From an uncultured cyanobacterium (lineage in GTDB: Bacteria; Cyanobacteriota; Cyanobacteriia; Pseudanabaenales; Pseudanabaenaceae), in NCBI GenBank assembly GCA_963703315.1, contig OY969811.1, positions 3,296,001-3,360,000 on the forward strand: 64,000 nt of DNA. The letters run 5' to 3'. Shown piece by piece: positions 42,199 to 50,183 of this stretch (the first letter of the stretch is position 1; each line of letters opens with the position of its first letter). Below the pieces are notes generated by a model that did no database searches, was not told where the DNA came from, and saw only the letters and a list, made by a program, of their open reading frames with translations. Made by a program: the position numbers and the translations under genes.

Positions 42199-43194
42199 AT
42201 GCATTTTATTGATCGAGTTACGATACACGTTAAGTCTGGCAATGGTGGCGATGGGCTAGTCGCATTTCGCCGTGAAAAATATGTCCCTGCGGGTGGACCT
42301 GCGGGTGGCAATGGCGGCAATGGCGGATCGGTCATTTTGCAAGCAACAACTGACCTCCAAACCCTACTAGATTTTCGCTTCGAGAATATTTTTAAAGCTG
42401 AAGATGGTGAGCGTGGCGGACCTAGCAACATGACAGGCAAAAAAGGCAGCGATCGCGTGATCAAAGTTCCTGTTGGTACGGTTGTCATGAATGAAGAGAC
42501 GGGCGAAGTTTTGGGTGATCTTACAGAAGTTGACCAAACTTTGTTTGTAGCAAAGGGCGGCAAGGGCGGCTTGGGTAATAAATATTTCTTAAGTAACCAA
42601 AATCGCGCCCCTGACTACGCTTTACCTGGATTACCAGGGGAAGAACTAAATCTTTATTTAGAACTAAAACTAATTGCGGAAGTGGGGATCATTGGCTTAC
42701 CTAATGCTGGTAAATCAACATTGATCTCGGTAGTATCGGCAGCCCGTCCCAAAATTGCTGACTATCCTTTCACCACGCTTGTACCAAATTTAGGTGTAGT
42801 CTCGAAACCATCAGGCGATGGCATCGTATTTGCCGATATTCCGGGATTAATTGAGGGAGCATCCGATGGCATTGGACTAGGACATGACTTTTTGCGTCAC
42901 GTTGAACGCACTAAGTTATTAATTCATCTAATTGATGTGACTCAAGATGATCCCCTTGCGGCATACCATACAATCCAAGAAGAATTAGTTGCCTATGGTC
43001 ATGGCTTAGCCGACAAGCCGCAAATTCTAGCTTTAAATAAGATTGATGCGATGTTACCTGAAGATGTCGAAGAAATTGCGTCACAGTTTGATCTACCAAT
43101 TCTGGCAATTTCTGCGGCTTCCAAAAAAGGACTAGATAAGCTTTTGCAATCAGTCTGGAAATTATTAGAGCAGTTTGATCACGACAATCCATAA
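42199..43194 (+). CDS. obgE: GTPase ObgE/CgtA
   Basis: Gly-rich Obg fold; GLPNAGKS, YPFTT, DIPG and NKID motifs. Confidence 0.98.
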   Translation: MHFIDRVTIHVKSGNGGDGLVAFRREKYVPAGGPAGGNGGNGGSVILQATTDLQTLLDFRFENIFKAEDGERGGPSNMTGKKGSDRVIKVPVGTVVMNEETGEVLGDLTEVDQTLFVAKGGKGGLGNKYFLSNQNRAPDYALPGLPGEELNLYLELKLIAEVGIIGLPNAGKSTLISVVSAARPKIADYPFTTLVPNLGVVSKPSGDGIVFADIPGLIEGASDGIGLGHDFLRHVERTKLLIHLIDVTQDDPLAAYHTIQEELVAYGHGLADKPQILALNKIDAMLPEDVEEIASQFDLPILAISAASKKGLDKLLQSVWKLLEQFDHDNP

Positions 43195-43221
43195 GAAAAG
43201 CGGTGCTTTGCACCGCTTTTC

Positions 43222-43551
43222 TTATCTGAGCATATAGAAATTACCAAAGGCAGCGATCGTGGTGATTTTTTTATTGGGCATATCAGTTTCGTAAAGGCTG
43301 AATACTACAAAATTTTGCTGCTTAGTCGAGTTTTCAACTAATCCCTTAATTACACCTTTACCTTGAGAGATCAAAAATTTACATGATTGCTGAGCAGCGA
43401 TCGGGACATTATCTCCCGCACAAATTGAGGTTTTACCTGCTTCAGAAAACTGCTCGGTGGCGTACTCAATGTAACGTTCTTTACTAGGATTGCTGACAGC
43501 CATTACACCAACAACCACAGCAGCACCAATTAGAATTACTTGTAATTTCAT
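43222..43551 (-). CDS. DUF4359 domain protein
   Basis: Signal/TM, SNPSKERY, NFVVFSLYET and AFGNF motifs. Confidence 0.8.
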   Translation of the reverse strand: MKLQVILIGAAVVVGVMAVSNPSKERYIEYATEQFSEAGKTSICAGDNVPIAAQQSCKFLISQGKGVIKGLVENSTKQQNFVVFSLYETDMPNKKITTIAAFGNFYMLR

Positions 43552-43653
43552 AATCAATCAGACAAGGGGCTTAAGCCCCTTGTTCCTTAAATTTCTAGAT
43601 TGCTTAACTTTACCGATAATTGCTACAAAAAGTTAGGGTGTGCAAAGCATATC

Positions 43654-44502
43654 CTACTTTTTGATCGGCGCGATCGCCTCTTGGCTAATTTGACAAATTT
43701 TGCGATGGCAATGACCATTACTAGCAACAATCGTTCCCCATTGTCGCAATTCCAGATTGTTATAGGACAGCAAAGACAAATCAGCATGGCTAAGTTGTCC
43801 CCCTGCCTCAGTCAAAATAATTTCAGGAGCGCAATAGTCCCAGTCCTTAGGAGCAGATTTTCCTGAGACCGAGATATAGACATCGGCATTGCCCGAAGCG
43901 ATCGCTGCAAATTTACCACCAATACTACCGACCGCAATTTCGGCGGCTTTTGGCAACTGTTGGAGAATACTTTCGAGTTGGTGATTGCGATGGCTCCGAC
44001 TGGCTACGACGACCATCTGATCAAGTTCGATTTTATTGGAAACCTGAATGCGTTGTTGCACACCATTTCGAGTTTCAATATAGGCTCCGTTACCTAAAAT
44101 CCCCTGAAATAGGCGGTCTTGAGCAGGGGTTGCCACTAGCCCAAGCACAGGACGTTGGCGATAGCTCAAACCAATATGGACAGCAAACTCATTGGTGCGC
44201 CGAATAAAGTCACTTGTGCCATCCATCGGATCGATGATCCAGACCCATTCATGCTCAAGGCGATCAATATTATCTTCAGTTTCTTCACTGAGATACGCAA
44301 AGTTTTCTGTGCCAAACGATTCCTTTAAATGACTCAAGATAAAATCATTGGCAGCCAAATCTGCGGATGTGACGTTGCCCTCTTCACCACCCTTAAACGT
44401 GATTTCTAAATCTTGCGGCTCTTGATAGTACTTCATCAAAATATCGCCAGCCCCCCAAGCAATCGGGCGGACGAGTGACATAATTTCGTTTAAATTCAGC
44501 AT
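43654..44502 (-). CDS. cysQ: CysQ-like 3'(2'),5'-bisphosphate nucleotidase / inositol monophosphatase family
   Basis: LSEE, WIIDPMDGT, SRSH and WDYCA motifs. Confidence 0.85.
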   Translation of the reverse strand: MLNLNEIMSLVRPIAWGAGDILMKYYQEPQDLEITFKGGEEGNVTSADLAANDFILSHLKESFGTENFAYLSEETEDNIDRLEHEWVWIIDPMDGTSDFIRRTNEFAVHIGLSYRQRPVLGLVATPAQDRLFQGILGNGAYIETRNGVQQRIQVSNKIELDQMVVVASRSHRNHQLESILQQLPKAAEIAVGSIGGKFAAIASGNADVYISVSGKSAPKDWDYCAPEIILTEAGGQLSHADLSLLSYNNLELRQWGTIVASNGHCHRKICQISQEAIAPIKK

Positions 44503-44601
44503 CTTGAATTTTGGTGAAGCTAATGATTTGTACTATACCGTAATTTCTCCTCCCCAAAACCAAAAAGAGAGTGGCGGCACTTCGCGCCGCCACTCTCGAA
44601 C

Positions 44602-45267
44602 CTACTTCGCGATCGCTATATCTGGCTCAGAACTAATTTCAGGAGCAGGCAAAACTAAGCGATCGCTACACATCGACCGTAATTTATCCACAAAAATAGA
44701 TGTTTCCGCTAACAAAGTCATGTTTTCGTAAGCAGAGCGATAGGCTTCTGAATATTCAGTTTTTAAATCAGCTTTTAAATTAGTTGGATAATGCTGAGTG
44801 GGTGTAGTTGTACCTGAAGGATTAGCCACAAGACTAGGGTATTTCTGAGGTTTTGCAGGTTCGGGAGCAATTTTCACACCTGCGATCGTGGAACGACGCG
44901 GAAATGGGAGAGGTGAAGTAGAATTCTTTTCTGGAGCAAAGGGTGCAATTTCAGTGATAGAAGCTTCGCGAGTAGAAGTACGTGGAGGCGTGTAATAAAT
45001 TCTATCTTCATAAATCACAGCAACGTCACCACAGACTAAACGCTCAAATTCCCGATTGTAGCGACAGTTTGGCTCACCCTTGCGTTCCCATAAATGCAAA
45101 ATTTGATTAACCGAAACCGCTTTATATCTTCCTTGAAACAGCGATTCGATTACAGCTTGGCGTACCCATTCTGGTTTAAAGTGATCCCATGTCCGAGTTA
45201 AATCCTTGATGGTATAGCCACCAAGATCAAAACTGTAATGTTGTAAGAGGGCGATCGCAATGTCCAT
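44602..45267 (-). CDS. Conserved cyanobacterial hypothetical protein
   Basis: LLQHYSFDL...WVRQAVIESLFQGRYKAVSVNQILHLW N-terminal domain, Pro/Ser-rich tail. Confidence 0.75.
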   Translation of the reverse strand: MDIAIALLQHYSFDLGGYTIKDLTRTWDHFKPEWVRQAVIESLFQGRYKAVSVNQILHLWERKGEPNCRYNREFERLVCGDVAVIYEDRIYYTPPRTSTREASITEIAPFAPEKNSTSPLPFPRRSTIAGVKIAPEPAKPQKYPSLVANPSGTTTPTQHYPTNLKADLKTEYSEAYRSAYENMTLLAETSIFVDKLRSMCSDRLVLPAPEISSEPDIAIAK

Positions 45268-45354
45268 AAGGGCGACGTTGGCTCAAATTATGTATCACCA
45301 TTTTACATTAAAAACCCAAAATTCAAGGTATAGGTTTCACATATATCTTAAATT

Positions 45355-45993
45355 TTAGGTTGATATTTGCTGTGAAAACCAAATTGCAGCTTCAGTATTA
45401 GTTTTGGTAGCAAGCATTTCCATCGTTTGCTCTAATAAAGCGATCGCTAAATTTGGCAAGACCTGAGAAACCTCGCATTGTTGATAAACTCCCGCTTCAT
45501 CTAAGCGAAATGCAAATAATCGATAAGCACGGACATCAATTACCCAATATTCAGAAATTCCTAGATCTGCATAAAGCCGCTTCTTTTCATCTAAATCGAT
45601 CGCTAAAGTCGTATCCGAAATTTCACCAACGAGATCAGGCGATCGCCACTGTTCTAAATTAATAAATCGCGATTGTCCAGCCTTCCATATCGGTGTATCG
45701 TCACCAACATACACAACAATATCTGGAGCTACTGAACGGTTGCCTTTTTTTTCCATCTGGCAACCCCCAAATGTATTTAATTTGATGTCAGGAAATTTTG
45801 CTGCCCAAAAAACCAAAATCATCGCAAACAGATCGCAAAATTTAGCGTGATTAATTCCTTCCGCACCCATTTCTACCCACAATTTTTGGTTGTCAAAAAA
45901 TAATTTATAGCGATCGCCATCATCTCGCAGCGCTACATAATCATCCCAAGTCGCTTGCTGCCATTGCTGCTTCGGTCTTATTGCAACAACCAT
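45355..45993 (-). CDS. Uma2 family endonuclease-like protein
   Basis: TWDDY, APD, PDLVGEIS and KKRLYADLGISEYWVID motifs. Confidence 0.92.
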   Translation of the reverse strand: MVVAIRPKQQWQQATWDDYVALRDDGDRYKLFFDNQKLWVEMGAEGINHAKFCDLFAMILVFWAAKFPDIKLNTFGGCQMEKKGNRSVAPDIVVYVGDDTPIWKAGQSRFINLEQWRSPDLVGEISDTTLAIDLDEKKRLYADLGISEYWVIDVRAYRLFAFRLDEAGVYQQCEVSQVLPNLAIALLEQTMEMLATKTNTEAAIWFSQQIST

Positions 45994-46025
45994 ATATTTA
46001 TCCCTCACGACATATAGAAATTATA

Positions 46026-46108
46026 TATAGCAAAAAAAGAGTTAGCTAGAACCAGAAGATGAGTGGCGGCGCGAAGCGCCGCCACTCATCCTCTGGTTTT
46101 TTGCTATA
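46026..46108. repeat. TATAGC-ended miniature inverted-repeat element
   Basis: TATAGCAAAAAA/TTTTTTGCTATA ends; GATGAGTGGCGGCGCGAAGCGCCGCCACTCATC hairpin. Confidence 0.85.
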
Positions 46109-46229
46109 GCTTGCTTAATAGAGTAAGGGAGCGCTTCCGCGCTCCCTTACTCTATTTATGAAAAAACAGGCTAGTCAAAGATATGACCAGCCTGTTAATT
46201 TGCATAGTTAAATCGCAAGATTTCGTACC

Positions 46230-46580
46230 TTACTGCAATACGAGTTTGACATTAGCATTGCTGAGACCAGGACGCTTCACTTCAGTCAGAGCCTTGTTCA
46301 CCGCATACTTTTGGTTGATCGAATTGATCAGTTCAGTCTGATTGTGCTTTTTAGCAACACCCCAGAGATCAGCAATCAAGTCAAAAGAACCGTCAGCATT
46401 CCGTGACCAACCAAGATCATAGTCACCCTCAAGAGTTGCTACAATGTCGGCACGAATGCGTTGGCTGTTATAGCCGCGAACATCAGCTTCAGTATTAACG
46501 CTAATACCCAGATCGCGCAAAGACGACTTGAGGACTTCGGCATCAGTAATTTTTGTGCGAAGAGTGCTGAAATGAGACAT
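46230..46580 (-). CDS. ycf35: DUF1257 / Ycf35-like protein
   Basis: MSHFSTLRTKI, VRGY and FDLIADLW motifs; downstream of ycf46. Confidence 0.85.
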   Translation of the reverse strand: MSHFSTLRTKITDAEVLKSSLRDLGISVNTEADVRGYNSQRIRADIVATLEGDYDLGWSRNADGSFDLIADLWGVAKKHNQTELINSINQKYAVNKALTEVKRPGLSNANVKLVLQ

Positions 46581-46755
46581 AATAGTTTTGCTCCTGTGAA
46601 TAATTGTGAACGCAATTGTTAACTGAAACGGGACACATAAGAGTGTTGGGTGGTTCCTGCTCCTATGTTAGCTGCTAGCCTAGAGATATCTTAGGAAGAC
46701 ATTCTTTAGAATCTAGCCTTACCTCTGCTGCCTGCAAAACAGCAGAATAAGCTTT

Positions 46756-48270
46756 TCAAAACTCCATACGCTGATATTCAGCGACCGAAGTTGCGGCGGG
46801 TCTAGCCCGCATCCTTGCCCAGTCACGCAAAGCAGCAACCTGCTCAGTCATCGTGCGTGAGAGGGGAGTTGTTGATTTCACAGCCGAAATGATATCTAGC
46901 TGTGTAAACTCCCGATCTTGGGCAAAAGCTTCATACATCGCGGCAATTACCGCTTGTTCGATCTCCGCCCCCGAGAAACCATCGCTTACCTTCGATAGTT
47001 GCTCAAGATCAAACCTGTCTAAATCTGGACGACGCTTCCGTAGATGGATCTGGAAGATGTCTCTGCGCTCTTCACCATTAGGCAAATCAACGAAAAACAG
47101 TTCGTCAAAGCGACCTTTGCGTAAGAACTCCCCTGGAAGCTTTTCGATACGGTTGGCAGTTGCCATTACAAATACAGGCGATTTTTTCTCCTGCATCCAT
47201 GTGAGGAATGTGCCAAAAATTCTTGATGATGTACCACCATCAGAATCTGCCGAACCTGCTCCACCCGCAAAGGCTTTGTCTAGCTCATCAATAAATAGGA
47301 TCATTGGTGAAATTGACTCAGCCACCTTGAGAGCATTTCGCAAGTTTGCCTCAGACTTGCCAACAGTTGAGCCATCATAGACACGCCCCATATCGAGGCG
47401 AATCAAGGGTAATGACCAAAGCCTAGCTGTTGTCTTGGCAATTAGGGACTTTCCACAACCAGGCACACCAAGAATTAGCATTCCTTTTGGTTGCGGTAAT
47501 CCATAATTTCTAGCGCGTTGACTAAAAGCATTCGATCGCTGTTGCAACCAATGTTTTAGCTCCTCGAGTCCCCCCACTGCGTCTAAATCTTCTTCATCCT
47601 CAATATATTCGAGGATACCGTTGCGGCGAATTAGTTGCTGCTTCTCTGAAAGCACAATGTCAACTTCTTCTTCTGTCAATTTACCCTTGGTAACTTGGGC
47701 TTTGCGATAAACTTTCTCAGCTTCATCTTGGGTTAACCCTAGAGTTGCTCGAACTAATTTTTCGCGAGTTTCGGCTGATATCTTTTTAGTGCGGACTTGT
47801 CCAAGTTGTTGGTCAAGTACCTCTTCGATCGCCTTAATATCTGGCAGAGGAAAATCAAGTACAACGATTTCTTTCTCTAATTCCACAGGGATCTCTTGGA
47901 CAGGTGACATCAAAATGATGGTTTTTTGAGTACCTTTAAAGTTAGCCACTGCATCACGTAGACAACGAACTGTCACTGCATGATCAAAGAAAGGATGCGC
48001 GTCTTTAAAAATGTAAATAGCAGGCTCTTTCTGATCAGCGCGGATTACCCATTGTAGAGCCGCTTGAATGGACTCAGTATTATGCTGGGATGCTCCTGTA
48101 GTTTGACCATACTCAATAATTCCGCGAGTTACAGTCCATGTGAACACACGCCGCGTTGGCTTTAATTGAGAGATAGTAGCGATCGCCCGTTCTGCTCTTT
48201 CTTCCTCTGGGGTGTTGAGGTAGATCAAGGGATATTGGGCTTGAATTAAAATGCTAAGTTGTTCTTGCAT
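46756..48270 (-). CDS. ycf46: Ycf46-type AAA+ ATPase
   Basis: VGGLEELK, GVPGCGKS, FIDELDK and LRKGRFDE motifs; degenerate N-terminal AAA module. Confidence 0.92.
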   Translation of the reverse strand: MQEQLSILIQAQYPLIYLNTPEEERAERAIATISQLKPTRRVFTWTVTRGIIEYGQTTGASQHNTESIQAALQWVIRADQKEPAIYIFKDAHPFFDHAVTVRCLRDAVANFKGTQKTIILMSPVQEIPVELEKEIVVLDFPLPDIKAIEEVLDQQLGQVRTKKISAETREKLVRATLGLTQDEAEKVYRKAQVTKGKLTEEEVDIVLSEKQQLIRRNGILEYIEDEEDLDAVGGLEELKHWLQQRSNAFSQRARNYGLPQPKGMLILGVPGCGKSLIAKTTARLWSLPLIRLDMGRVYDGSTVGKSEANLRNALKVAESISPMILFIDELDKAFAGGAGSADSDGGTSSRIFGTFLTWMQEKKSPVFVMATANRIEKLPGEFLRKGRFDELFFVDLPNGEERRDIFQIHLRKRRPDLDRFDLEQLSKVSDGFSGAEIEQAVIAAMYEAFAQDREFTQLDIISAVKSTTPLSRTMTEQVAALRDWARMRARPAATSVAEYQRMEF

Positions 48271-48343
48271 ATACTCTACAGAGGCTTTAGCCTCCATCCT
48301 CACCTTGTCTACAGAAAAATGTCTAGGAAATTTTCAAATTCAG

Positions 48344-48664
48344 TTAACTAACTGGAATTAGTTCTTCATCTGCATTGTCAGCTTTAGCGCCAACAGTAAC
48401 AGGTAAAGTCTGAGTACGATTGCCCCCGATCGCTAGCAAATCACCATTACGGATTACAACAGTCTGAGAACAGCTTGGACAGTTATAAGTCTGATGAGTA
48501 TGCCCGACACCTGAAGATTCCACAATGTCAGCGTGAGCAAGGTAAAAGCTGATTGCCTTTTCTGCTAAGTCTGACATCGAATCACCATCAATAGCAGAAC
48601 GAATCTTAAGCTGCTGATGTAGTCGTTCGGGGAGATAAAAAGTTACCTTTTGCTTGTCTTGCAT
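48344..48664 (-). CDS. Ribbon-helix-helix-like protein with C-terminal CxxC
   Basis: KVTFYL beta strand followed by two helices; YNCPSC; first gene of the ycf46 operon. Confidence 0.75.
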   Translation of the reverse strand: MQDKQKVTFYLPERLHQQLKIRSAIDGDSMSDLAEKAISFYLAHADIVESSGVGHTHQTYNCPSCSQTVVIRNGDLLAIGGNRTQTLPVTVGAKADNADEELIPVS

Positions 48665-48701
48665 AGTGGTTAAGAACATTGAATACCCGGGTATGAAATT
48701 A

Positions 48702-48753
48702 AAGTTACAGGTAGAACCCTATACTGTCAAGACGCTATGCCGTCATGACAGTA
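48702..48753 (-). promoter_or_regulatory. Sigma70-type promoter with overlapping palindromic candidate operator
   Basis: Minus strand TTGACA (48730-48725), 17-bp spacer, TAACTT (48707-48702); inverted repeat TACTGTCAnGACG-N6-CGTCnTGACAGTA at 48722-48753. Confidence 0.65.
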
Positions 48754-49062
48754 ACATCTTAATATTTCTTAATAAAATTCAAAAAGAGTGTGATGACGAC
48801 AAGCACCATCACACTCTTGCTATTCCAATAATTAGGCGTGCGCGGCGAAGCCGCGCACGCCTAATTATTGGAGGAGGAACAAAGCTAGGACTAACTGAGT
48901 CTTAACACCTAACGAGATTCAAATAATATCTTTAACTTCTCTGCTTCTATCTGTAAACTTTGATATTGCCTAATTTTAAATTTTATGCAAATAGCGCAGT
49001 TATCAACTTTTAGTTAGAGCAATCCCGAAATAAGGCATTTCACATAACGCATCTAATGCTAC

Positions 49063-49554
49063 ATGGAGTCAGGTATGGACGTTTCTAAAATTGGTAATCT
49101 AAGTTGGGGAACCTTGACTAGCGTTGCTGTAGCTTTGGCGATCGCTTCTCCTAGTTTTGCTCAAAGTGCAATTTCTCTAGGGCGCAATTTTCGACCTGAT
49201 CCTGCAACGATGACTGGAAATGGTGGGGGATCTACCAGCCTTGCTAGTATTTCAGGAATTGCTGATAATTGTCGTGGTTTCGCTAACGCTGCACCAAACC
49301 ACACCATTACTTTAACCGAGACTTTTCCCTTGATGGATTTGTTGGTTTATACCAGTAACGTCAATGATGACCCCACTATGTTGGTTAAAGGTCCTAACGG
49401 TATTGTGATTTGTGCTGATGATGAATCAGGCGGACGCAACCCCCAAGCCAATCGACGATTGCCTAAGGGTATTTATCAAGTTTGGATCGGTTCTAAAACC
49501 GTTAATCAATCTTTTGTTTACACATTGTCTTTGAGTGAAATACGTCAGAAATGA
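49063..49554 (+). CDS. Secreted hypothetical protein (FxPDP motif, PPC-like beta domain), paralog 1
   Basis: Signal peptide; FRPDP, CRGFA, PNH, LVKGPNG, CADD and YQVWIG motifs. Confidence 0.75.
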   Translation: MESGMDVSKIGNLSWGTLTSVAVALAIASPSFAQSAISLGRNFRPDPATMTGNGGGSTSLASISGIADNCRGFANAAPNHTITLTETFPLMDLLVYTSNVNDDPTMLVKGPNGIVICADDESGGRNPQANRRLPKGIYQVWIGSKTVNQSFVYTLSLSEIRQK

Positions 49555-49997
49555 AACTTTTGAAACTAACGTCTAATTTACTAGGCTTCGCTTTGCTCCC
49601 GTTGCTATCTGTAGTTCCTGCAATGAGTCAAGAAGTCTTAAAACCCATTGCACCCAAATTTACGCCTGATCCACAGGTTTATGTTGGGAAGGCAGGGGGA
49701 GATGTGCCTGTAAAATCTCTTGCTAGTGGCGCTAATGGGCAATGTCAAGGTTTAGCTGAGCAAAAACCAAACCATGCTCTAACATTGCAGAAAAATTTTG
49801 GTCTGTTAAGTCTGAAGGTGTCAGGTAATTCCAATCTATCTTTATTAGTTAAAGGTCCTGATGGGAGTTATTGTCGCAGTGGTCAAGATCCTCAGCTTTC
49901 GGGGGCTTGGGTTTCGGGGGATTATGAAATTTGGGTAGGTACACCGAATGGCGATCGCATCGATTATCGACTATCAATTAGTGAAACAAGTCAGTAG
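49551..49997 (+). CDS. Secreted hypothetical protein (FxPDP motif), paralog 2
   Basis: Signal peptide; FTPDP, CQG, PNH, LVKGPDG and YEIWVG motifs; ATGA overlap with paralog 1. Confidence 0.75.
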   Translation: MKLLKLTSNLLGFALLPLLSVVPAMSQEVLKPIAPKFTPDPQVYVGKAGGDVPVKSLASGANGQCQGLAEQKPNHALTLQKNFGLLSLKVSGNSNLSLLVKGPDGSYCRSGQDPQLSGAWVSGDYEIWVGTPNGDRIDYRLSISETSQ

Positions 49998-50183
49998 TGA
50001 AAAGGAGCGCGAAGCGCTCCTTTTCACTTCTAATAAAGAAAGGCGGCGCTTTGCGCCGCCTTTCTTTAAAATAACCTGACATTGCTCTTAGGTCTCAGTG
50101 TTAGGCAATACATGGTATTTGTGACTGGATCTTTCACAATTAGGACGTGTGGTTTTTCCTAAGAGTGATGAATTATAAGGACA

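Noticed and set aside
45355..45993. Uma2 protein as a defence gene
   Set aside because: Highly expanded, ubiquitous family in cyanobacteria; solitary and HIP1-rich here
46853..47380. 175-aa plus-strand ORF
   Set aside because: Antisense shadow of ycf46
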